Positions 11,232-19,342 of a stretch of 64,000 bases of DNA are shown in pieces. Within the stretch, counting starts at the first letter, position 1. Each line of letters starts with the position of its first letter. The notes below the pieces were generated by a model. The model made no database searches and was not told the origin of the DNA. It saw only the letters and a list, made by a program, of their open reading frames with translations. Origin of the DNA: an uncultured Gemmataceae bacterium (GTDB lineage: Bacteria > Planctomycetota > Planctomycetia > Gemmatales > Gemmataceae); NCBI GenBank assembly GCA_963750165.1, contig CAVVPN010000003.1, forward strand, positions 2,560,001 to 2,624,000. The letters run 5' to 3'. Position numbers and translations under genes: made by a program.

Positions 11232-14200
11232 ATGTCCAGCAAATTCGGCATCCGCATTGGCCTCCCGGTGCTTGCGCTCTGCCTCGCCAGCGTGGGCGTC
11301 TGGTACGCCCTGCCGTTCCTGACAGGATGGGCTCCCGAAGACTCCCCGACCAGTCCCGCCACGGAGCACAAACCGACCCCCCTCAAGAGTGCCGATCCGG
11401 CCGCGCAAACCGAGCGGCTCGAACGCCGGTTTGCGACCGAGGTGCGGCCGTTCCTGCGCGCTATTGTTATGCCTGTCACGGCGCGAAGAAGCCGAAAGCC
11501 GCCCTTGATCTTGGCCAGGACGCGACCGTGGCGGCGGTCGTGAAAAACGCGAAGCAATGGGAACTGGTGCTCGAACGACTCCAGGCACAGGAGATGCCGC
11601 CCGCGGACGCGGCCCTGCAGCCGGGGGCCGGCGAACGGGCCGCGGTCATCGCCTGGATCCGCGACCTGCTCCACGATGAGGCGCAGCGCCACGCCGGCGA
11701 CCCGGGAACGGTCCTGGCCCGGCGCCTGAGTAACGCCGAGTTCGACTACACCATCCGCGACCTCACCGGCATCGATATTCGGCCGACGCGGGAGTTCCCG
11801 GTCGATCCCGCCAACCAGGCCGGGTTCGACAACTCGGGCGAATCGCTCGCCATGTCGCCGGCGCTGGTGAAGAAGTACCTGGCGGCGACACGGTTGGTCG
11901 CCGAGCACGTCATCCTGAAACCGGATGGCTTTGTCTTCGCGCCGCATCCGGTGGTGACCGACACCGACCGCGACAAGTATTGCGTGCAGCGCATCATCGC
12001 GTTCTACCAGCGTCACCAGGTCGATTACGCCGATTATTTCCTGGCCGCGCACTCCTATCGGCAGCGCGCATTGCTGGGCCGGGGCGACGCGGACCTGGGC
12101 CGCTTTGCGGCCGACCGCGGCCTGAGTGCGAAGTACCTGGCGCTGATCTGGTCGGCGCTGAACGAACCCGAGGCGAATGCGGGGCCGCTCGCGGCCGTCC
12201 GCAAACTGTGGCAGGAACTGCCGGCGCCGAGCCCATCCATCGACGCCGCTCGCCCCGGCTGCGAGCGGCTGCGCGACCTGGTGGTGCGCCTGCGCAAGGA
12301 ACTCAAGCCTGACGTGAAGAAGTTGAGCGCCAAGGGCATCTCCGCCGGCAGCCAGGCGTTTGTCCTGTGGCGGAATCGCCAGCTGGCCGGCAAGCACCGG
12401 AGTTATTCCGGGGAGGTGCTGGCCGATCTCAACAAGCTCTCCGGCCAGCTCAGGAACACGGACGCCGGGCTGAGAGACTTCTTTCCCGGGACGACCACCG
12501 CTGCGGAGAAAGACAGGCTGCGTGGGGCGCTGGAGCGATTTTGTTCGGTGTTTCCCTTGACCTTTGTCGTCACCGACCGCGGGCCGTACTTCGACCCAAA
12601 GGCAGCCGGTAAGGGGCGGCCGCTCACCGCGGGCTTCCACCTCATGCAGGGGTATTTCCGTGACGACACCCCCCTGTGCGAATTGATTCTCGACCCGCAG
12701 CAGCGGCGCGACCTCGACGCGCTTTGGGAGGAACTGAATGTCATCACCCTGGCGCCGCTGCGGCAGTACCGAGACTACATCTTCTTTGAACGCGCCGAAC
12801 CGCCGCGTTTCATGTTCGAGGCGGAGTTCGACTTCGCGCGCTCCGAGGACAGGGATTGCACTTCCCAGGCGAAGATGGATCGGCTGGCCAAATTGTACCT
12901 GGCCAAGGCGAAAAAGAACGGGGCCACGGGCGCTGCGGTCGAGGCCATCGAAACCTACTTCGCCACCATCTCCGCCGAGGTTCGCCAGGTCGAGCGCGCC
13001 CGGGTGGCCGCCGAGCCGAGCCACCTGCAAGCACTCCTGCAATTCGCCGAGCGAGCCTATCGGCGGCCTCTGACCAGGGAGGTGCGAGAGGACCTGCTGG
13101 CGTACTACCGTCAGCTGCGCGCGCAGGACGATCCGGGGCACGAGGAGGCGCTGCGGGATGTGCTGGTCAGCGTCCTGATGTCGCCGCATTTCTGTTACCG
13201 TTTCGACCTGCCGAAGCCCGGCACGGCGGCGCAGCCGCTGTCGGATTACGCGCTGGCCAGCCGCTTGAGTTATTTCCTGTGGTCGAGCCTGCCCGACGCG
13301 GAGCTGCTGACGCTCGCCCGTACGGGGGAGTTGCATCAACCCCCGGTGCTGACAGCCCAGGTGCGGCGGCTGCTGCGCGACCCGCGTGTGCGCGGCCTGG
13401 CGACCGAGTTTGGCGGCAACTGGCTCGACTTCCGTCGTTTTGAAGAGCACAACAGCGTTGATCGCCAGCGATTCCCGGGTTTCACCAATGAACTGCGGCT
13501 GGCCATGTTCGAGGAGCCGATCCGCTATTTCGTGGATGTCGCGCAGCGGAACCGCTCCGTGCTGGATCTGCTGTACGGCAAGGACACCTTCGTGAATCGC
13601 CCGCTGGCCGAGCATTATGGCATTCCTCACACCGCGAAGCAGCGCGACGCATGGGCCCACGTCGCGGACGCGCAGCGCTACGGCCGGGGTGGGTTGTTGC
13701 CGATGGCGGTCTTTCTCACCAAAAACGCGCCGGGGCTGCGCACCAGTCCCGTCAAGCGCGGCTACTGGGTCGTCCGCCGGCTGCTCGGCGAGGAGATTCC
13801 ACCACCGCCGCCGACCGTTCCTGAGTTGCCGAAAGACGAGGCGAACCTGGGAGAGTTGACGCTGCCGCAAATGCTCGCGCGGCACCGCGAGGACAAAAAT
13901 TGCGCCGCCTGCCACCGCCGGTTCGATTCGGTTGGCCTGGTCTTTGAAGCGTTCGGCCCGGTCGGCGAACGCCGCAGCCGCGACCTGGGCGGCCGTCCCG
14001 TGAACACCACCGCGACCTTCCCCGACGGCAAGGACCGGAGTGGGCTCCCGGGACTGCGCGTATTTGCGCGAGAAACGGCAGGACGATTTTGTCGATAACC
14101 TGTGCCGGAAGCTGTTTTCGTATGCGCTGGGCCGCGGCCTGGTGCCGTCGGACCGGCCGGCGCTCGACGAGATGCGGCGGCGGTTGGCGGCCGATGAATA

Positions 14201-14285
14201 TGCGTTCGGCAGCCTGGTCGAAGCGATTGTCACGAGCCCGCAGTTTTTGAACCAGAGGGGGCGCGACGACCCGCGCGACCAGTAG
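11232..14285 (+). CDS. DUF1592/DUF1587/DUF1588/DUF1595/DUF1585 (PSD) protein with planctomycete cytochrome c domain; frameshifts at ~11457 and ~14060
   Basis: N-terminal signal/anchor MSSKFGIRIGLPVLALCL; CYACH heme motif plus EMPP; RRLSNAEFDYTIRDL; LASRLSYFLWSS; RTSPVKRGYWV; CAACH; the C-terminal KLFSYALGR...IVTSPQF lies in a second frame. Confidence 0.88.
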
Positions 14286-14360
14286 AATGAAAGTCAGGCG
14301 TCTTCAGTGCTGTTGAAGGGAGAACTGCTTTTTTACGGAGCGGCTAAACAGGAGGCAACC

Positions 14361-14627
14361 ATGATCGAACTCACCGAAGAACAGCGGCAGCGCCTCGGCA
14401 GCGGCAAGGCGGTCGATGTCACCGACTCCCAGACGGCCGAGACCTACGTCGTCCTGCGAAAGGACGTATACGAGCGGGTCCGGCACCTGCTTTATGACGA
14501 CTCCGAGTGGACAGACGACGAACTGCGAATCCAGTTGGCCCGCTCCGCCAGGGAAAATGGTTGGGAGGAACCTGGCATGGAAGCCTACGACCGTTATGAC
14601 GAGGAACTCCGGAAGCGATGCCCGTAA
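14361..14627 (+). CDS. Putative antitoxin (acidic, 88 aa) upstream of MazF
   Basis: GGAGG RBS; MIELTEEQRQRL...YVVLRKDVYER...GWEEPGMEAYDRYDE; its 3' end overlaps the toxin start. Confidence 0.7.
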   Translation: MIELTEEQRQRLGSGKAVDVTDSQTAETYVVLRKDVYERVRHLLYDDSEWTDDELRIQLARSARENGWEEPGMEAYDRYDEELRKRCP

Positions 14628-14975
14628 ACCGAGGCGACGTGATCCTGACTTATGTGCCGAACGTCGGCAGTCCGGGCGAAAAGGTTCGTCCCCGCGCTCG
14701 TCGTGCAGTCGGATCACAACAATGCGCGGTTGAACGAGACGATCATTGCCGCCATCACCAGCAACACGGCGCGCGTACATGAGGCGACGCAACTCCTCCT
14801 CGAAGTGGCCACACCGGACGGGGCAGCAACTGGCCTGTTGCACGACTCGGCGGTGCGTTGCGAGCGGTTGCATGCAATTCCGCAGGCGGACGTGCGGCGA
14901 GTGATCGGCAAGTTTTCCGATGCCCTCATGCTGAAGATCGATGATTGTCTCAAGGCGGCGCTGGGGATTCCGTGA
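14618..14975 (+). CDS. mazF: PemK/MazF family toxin; +1 frameshift in the C-run at 14690-14693
   Basis: MPVNRGDVILTYVPNVGSPGEKVRP / ALVVQSDHNN...IIAAITSN...TGLLHDSAVRCERL...IGK...IDDCLKAALGI. Confidence 0.85.
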
Positions 14976-15007
14976 ACTGCGCCCGTAATCGACCAGGGGA
15001 TGAAGTC

Positions 15008-16336
15008 ATGAACGCGCAACCGCACAAGCTAACTCGCCGCACCCTGCTCAAGGGCGTCGGCGTCACGATGGCCCTGCCCTGGTTGGAAGCGCTGCCGTTC
15101 TGGGGCAGTCCAGCGACCGGCACCGCCGGCGCGGCGCCGCCCAAACGGTTCGCGGCCCTGTTCATGGGCAACGGCATCAGCCCGCCGAACTGGTGGGCGC
15201 GAGGCGCTGGCGCCAGCATGGAGTTGAGCCCGAGTCTCCAGCCCTTGACCGCCCTGCGGCCCCGGTTGAACGTCGTCTCGGGGTTGTTCAACCGCCACGC
15301 GACCGGCGTCGGCATCCATCCCGGCCAGACCGGCAACATCCTGTCGGGGGCTGCACTGCAGCGCGGGGCGGTGCTGCGCGGCGGCACCAGTATGGATCAG
15401 GTGCTCGCCGCCCACTTCGAGGAGGAGACGGCCCAGCCGAGCCTGGTGCTGGGCTGCGAACAGCCGATCACCGGCTACCACGAAACCAATTTCTCGATGG
15501 CCTACAGCTCGCACATTTCCTGGCAAAACGCCAACTCGCCGGTGCCGATGGAGGTCTACCCGGCGCTGGCGTTCGACAGCCTGTTCGACAACCAGGGCAG
15601 CCGGCGAACCCTCAGCGTGCTCGACCGTGTTCGCACCCAGGCCGCGGCGCTGCAGCGCCAGGTCAGTCACGCCGACCGGGCCAAGCTCGACGAGTACCTG
15701 ACCAGCGTGCGTGAGGTGGAACGGCGCGTACAGCGCACCCGTGTCGAGAAAGACCGCGCCGACAACCGGGCCCGCGACCGTGGCCGACCGGCGCTGACGA
15801 TGCCCCGTCCCGCCAACGGGCTGCCCGAAGACATCCGCGAACACATGCGGTTGATGTGCGACATCATCGCCCTGGCCTTCCAGACCGACACGACGCGCAT
15901 CGCGACGCTGCTCCTGTGCCGCGACCTCTCCGGGCTCTTCTACCCGTTCCTCGACGTCCGCATGGCTCACCACCCGACTTCGCACGAAGACCATTCCGCC
16001 GCTTACGAACGGGTGACGCGCTATTACGTGAGCCAGCTGGCGTACCTGGCGAACCGGTTGGCCGCGATGCCGGAAGGGGACGCGACCGTGCTGGACCACT
16101 CCTGCCTGCTGTTCATTTCCAACCTGTGGTCCGGCAGCCAGCACGATTCGAGCAAGGTTCCGGTGCTGCTGGTGGGCGGCCTGGGAGGATCGCTGACGAC
16201 CGGGCGGGTGCTCGATTACCGCGGGCGTGGGGATGCCAACCGCAAACTGTGCAGTCTGTACCTGTCGCTGATGAACCGCATGGGCGTGCGGGCCGAGCGC
16301 TTCGGGGACGCGGCCGCGCCGCTCGCCGGTTTGTGA
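15008..16336 (+). CDS. DUF1552 domain-containing protein
   Basis: Tat-like TRRTLLKGVGVTMALPWLEAL; PKRFAALFMGNG; SMDQVLA; KLDEYLTSVREVERR; LAFQTDTTR; ATVLDHS. This family is the usual partner of DUF1592. Confidence 0.9.
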   Translation: MNAQPHKLTRRTLLKGVGVTMALPWLEALPFWGSPATGTAGAAPPKRFAALFMGNGISPPNWWARGAGASMELSPSLQPLTALRPRLNVVSGLFNRHATGVGIHPGQTGNILSGAALQRGAVLRGGTSMDQVLAAHFEEETAQPSLVLGCEQPITGYHETNFSMAYSSHISWQNANSPVPMEVYPALAFDSLFDNQGSRRTLSVLDRVRTQAAALQRQVSHADRAKLDEYLTSVREVERRVQRTRVEKDRADNRARDRGRPALTMPRPANGLPEDIREHMRLMCDIIALAFQTDTTRIATLLLCRDLSGLFYPFLDVRMAHHPTSHEDHSAAYERVTRYYVSQLAYLANRLAAMPEGDATVLDHSCLLFISNLWSGSQHDSSKVPVLLVGGLGGSLTTGRVLDYRGRGDANRKLCSLYLSLMNRMGVRAERFGDAAAPLAGL

Positions 16337-16341
16337 ACGTG

Positions 16342-18507
16342 TTAACCCGGCAAAGCCTGCGCGGGCTCAACCTTAACAAGATGCACCTCAGCAGGGGTTT
16401 GGTACGATTCCGTTTCGCCGCGCACCTCCACCAGGTTATCAAAAAACGTCGCCCCGCCGCCGAAGTCCGTCAGTTTACTACTCGTCGTCGTGTTGCAGTT
16501 CACGCCGTCGGTGGCGTACTTGTTCCACCACACGCTCAGCGTCACCGCCACGCCGCGCTTGACTGTCTCGCCCACCACCGCCCGCGCCCGGAAGCCGCCG
16601 CGGTCGTTGAAGACGCGCACCCACTGCCCATTCGCGATGCCGCGCGCCGCCGCGTCCTCGGGGTGTAGTTCCACCGTCGGCGCGCCCGCCTGCTGCCGCA
16701 GACTGTCCACGTTGACGAACGTCGAGTTCAGGAACGACGGCGCCGGCGGGCTGACGAGTTGCAGCGGGTAGCGCGCCGCCATGTCCGGCCGCGTCTGCGG
16801 GTCCTCGTGCGGCGGCGTGTAGTTCGGCAGCGGGTCGAGCGCCTGCGCCGCCAGCGCCGGGCTGTAGAATTCGCACTTGCCCGATGGCGTACCAAAGCCG
16901 CCCTGCGCGAACGGCGCGTAATCGCGCGGCACGTTCAGCCGCACCGGCCCCTCGCGCCGCAGCCGCTCCAGGCCGATGCCCGCGAACGCCTCCGCTTTGG
17001 GATACGCGGCCGGCGACTGCGGCGGCAGCATCGCCTCCGCCGCCAGCTGCTCGTCGGTCACGTCGAACAACTCCGGCTCAAAGCCCAGGCGCCGCGCCAG
17101 CAGGCGGAACACGTCGGTGTTGCTCTTCGCCTCGCCCAGCGGCGCGATCGCCTGCTCGTTGGTCTGCACGTACAGGTGGCCATAGGAGCCGTGCAGGTCG
17201 AAGTGCTCCAGCTGCGTCGTCGCCGGCAGCACCAAATCGGCGTAGTCGGCGGTGTCGGTCTGGAACTGGTCGTGGACGACCGTGAACAGGTCCTCGCGCC
17301 GCAGCCCGCGCAGCACGCGCGACTGGTCCGGACAGATGGCGGCGGGGTTGGAGTTGTAGACGTACAGTGCCCGCACCGGCGGCCCCGGCAGTTCGCCGGT
17401 CAGCGCCTCGGCCAGCTGCGTCATGTTGATGGTGCGCGTTCCCGGCGGGATCAGGTCCGGCCGCTGCAGGGCGTCGTTGTTGAACGGGTACAGCTTGCTG
17501 GTGCTCAGCAGCGCCCCGCCGCCGACGTGCCGCCACGCACCGATTACCGCCGGCAGGCAGCAGATGGTCCGCACCGCCATGCCACCGCCGCCGTGCCGCT
17601 GCATGCCGTAGTTCAGCCGGATCAGCGCCGGCGCGGTCGCCGCATATTCGTGGGCCAGTTTTTCGATGTCGCCAACCGGTATGCCCGTGATCGCCGCCAC
17701 GCGCTGCGGCGCATACTCCGTCAGTGCCCGCTGCCGCAGTTCCGCAGTGCCCAGACAGTAGCGCTCCAGATAATCCTCATCCTGCAAACCGTCGCGCCAC
17801 AGCACGTGCATCAGGCCCAGCGCCAGCGCCGCGTCGGTGCCGGGGCGGATGGGGATCCACCAGTCGCTGCGCGCCGCCGTCTTGCAGCGGTACGGATCAA
17901 TGCTGACGATTTTGGCGCCGGCCTTGCGAGCCTGGAACATCCGCGCCCACAGGTGCATGTTGGTGACGCTGGTGTTCGAGCCCCAGTTGATGAGGTAACG
18001 ACTGTGGACGACCGCCTCCGGGTCAAGCACGGCGCGAGTGCCGAGCGTGATCTGGCAGCCCGCCGCGCCGGCCGTCGCGCAGATGGTGCGGTCCAGCAGC
18101 GACGCGCCCAGGCGGTGGAAGAAGCGGCGGTCCAGGCTTTCGCCCTGCAGCTTGCCCATCGTGCCGGCGTAGCTGTACGGCAGGATGGCCTGCGGCCCGT
18201 CCGCCGAGGCGGCGATGTCACGGAAGCGGCCGGCGATGGCGTCGAGCGCCTCGTCCCAGCTGACGCGCTCGAAGCGGCCAGTCCCCTTGGGGCCGACGCG
18301 GCGCAGCGGATATTGCAACCGTTCGGGATGGTAGACCCGCTCCAGATAGCGGGCCACCTTCTGGCACAGAAACCCCTGCGTGAACGGGTGCTCGCGGTCG
18401 CCGCGCAGCTGGACCGCCCGGCCGTCGCGCACCGTGACGACCAGGCCGCAGGTGTCGGGGCAGTCGTGCGGACAGACGGCGCGGACGGTATGGGTGTTCG
18501 GCGTCAT
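16342..18507 (-). CDS. Molybdopterin (bis-MGD) oxidoreductase, YoaE-like, with 4Fe-4S motif
   Basis: CPHDCPDTC...GFLCQK; PGTDAALALG; TDTADYADLVLPATT; C-terminal MGD-binding domain (LHPEDAAARGI...FNDRG). Confidence 0.9.
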   Translation of the reverse strand: MTPNTHTVRAVCPHDCPDTCGLVVTVRDGRAVQLRGDREHPFTQGFLCQKVARYLERVYHPERLQYPLRRVGPKGTGRFERVSWDEALDAIAGRFRDIAASADGPQAILPYSYAGTMGKLQGESLDRRFFHRLGASLLDRTICATAGAAGCQITLGTRAVLDPEAVVHSRYLINWGSNTSVTNMHLWARMFQARKAGAKIVSIDPYRCKTAARSDWWIPIRPGTDAALALGLMHVLWRDGLQDEDYLERYCLGTAELRQRALTEYAPQRVAAITGIPVGDIEKLAHEYAATAPALIRLNYGMQRHGGGGMAVRTICCLPAVIGAWRHVGGGALLSTSKLYPFNNDALQRPDLIPPGTRTINMTQLAEALTGELPGPPVRALYVYNSNPAAICPDQSRVLRGLRREDLFTVVHDQFQTDTADYADLVLPATTQLEHFDLHGSYGHLYVQTNEQAIAPLGEAKSNTDVFRLLARRLGFEPELFDVTDEQLAAEAMLPPQSPAAYPKAEAFAGIGLERLRREGPVRLNVPRDYAPFAQGGFGTPSGKCEFYSPALAAQALDPLPNYTPPHEDPQTRPDMAARYPLQLVSPPAPSFLNSTFVNVDSLRQQAGAPTVELHPEDAAARGIANGQWVRVFNDRGGFRARAVVGETVKRGVAVTLSVWWNKYATDGVNCNTTTSSKLTDFGGGATFFDNLVEVRGETESYQTPAEVHLVKVEPAQALPG

Positions 18508-18609
18508 TGGGGGCTCCCGGTCATTGGTGGCGACGTGGCCCGGCGGGCCGTCTCCAGGATTGTAGCGAATCGGCCCCGGAATCCCGCGGAAAAAGCGCGC
18601 AGCGAAAGC

Positions 18610-18636
18610 GAACCTGTCATCGGCGGCAACCGTCTA
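18610..18636 (+). promoter_or_regulatory. Candidate ECF-sigma promoter upstream of the tRNA cluster
   Basis: GAACC-N16-CGTCTA, ending 22 nt before the first tRNA; resembles the ECF consensus (AAC at -35, CGT/GTCT at -10). Pattern match only. Confidence 0.35.
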
Positions 18637-18658
18637 CCCAATACTGATGGCGAAATGT

Positions 18659-18730
18659 GCCCTGGTGGTGAAACGGACATCACAGCTCCCTTCTAATGAG
18701 AAGTTCCGGGTTCGATTCCTGGCCGGGGTA
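18659..18730 (+). tRNA. tRNA-Arg(TCT), atypical anticodon stem, no encoded CCA
   Basis: Acceptor GCCCTGG/CCGGGGT; D-stem GTGA/TCAC; loop CT-TCT-AA; T-arm CCGGG-TTCGATT-CCTGG. The anticodon stem GCTCC/TGAGA has two mismatches. Confidence 0.75.
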
Positions 18731-18739
18731 CTGACGATT

Positions 18740-18812
18740 GCGTCCATGATGTAATTTGGCAGCCTACTGCCTTGCCATGGCAGATGTGGGGGTTCAAATC
18801 CCCCTGGACGCT
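18740..18812 (+). tRNA. tRNA-Gly(GCC), no encoded CCA
   Basis: Acceptor GCGTCCA/TGGACGC; anticodon arm CTGCC-TTGCCAT-GGCAG; T-arm GGGGG-TTCAAAT-CCCCC; discriminator T. Confidence 0.9.
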
Positions 18813-18823
18813 CTGCGAAACGG

Positions 18824-18873
18824 TCCGAGCCCGAGCGCCAGCGAGGGGCCCCTCGCTGGCGCTCGGGCTCGGA
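18824..18873. repeat. Perfect 50-bp palindrome (REP-like) between tRNAs
   Basis: tccgagcccgagcgccagcgagggg|cccctcgctggcgctcgggctcgga with no loop. A half-copy (ctggcgctcgggctc) occurs near 45388. Confidence 0.9.
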
Positions 18874-18890
18874 TCGGACATCACACAAAT

Positions 18891-18976
18891 GGAAGGGCAA
18901 GCCAACCGGCGATGGCACCCCATTGGAATTGGGACGAGGCCGCAAGCCCTTGAGGGTTCGACTCCCTCTCCTTCCG
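18891..18976 (+). tRNA. tRNA-Ser(GGA), long variable arm, no encoded CCA
   Basis: Acceptor GGAAGGG/TCCTTCC; loop TT-GGA-AT; variable arm GGC-CGCAA-GCC; T-arm GAGGG-TTCGACT-CCCTC; discriminator G. Confidence 0.9.
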
Positions 18977-18982
18977 CTGACC

Positions 18983-19055
18983 GTGCCCGTGGCCGAGCGG
19001 CCGAGGCATCTGCCTTCCAAGCAGGATCAGGTGGGTTCAACTCCCACCGGGCACT
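18983..19055 (+). tRNA. tRNA-Gly(TCC), no encoded CCA
   Basis: Acceptor GTGCCCG/CGGGCAC; anticodon arm TCTGC-CTTCCAA-GCAGG; T-arm GTGGG-TTCAACT-CCCAC; discriminator T. Confidence 0.88.
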
Positions 19056-19342
19056 CTGGTGTCTCTCTAATCTGTCGAGTTCTCTTAACTCTTACAACTC
19101 GCGCGGACGCTATTGATTCAGGATCCAGTCCACTGCATCAACCCGCTTGATGCTGCCGGCGCGGCTTTGCCTACTTCGGGAGGCACCGCCCTCACATCAT
19201 TGGCAAATTGACAAACCCTCTGTATTTACCGATACTGGCTGTCATAACCTTCCTGCCAGGGGTAAGATACCAAACAACCGGCCTGCCCGATCAACCCGCG
19301 CCCCGCAGAACCCGCCAACCGCCCCAAGGAGCCTCGAACACC

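Noticed and set aside
18634..19150. Short ORFs predicted over the tRNA region
   Set aside because: Fully explained by four tRNA cloverleaves and a palindrome.
18659..19340. tRNA-anchored genomic island or prophage attachment site
   Set aside because: No integrase, and I saw no duplicated tRNA 3' end in the window.
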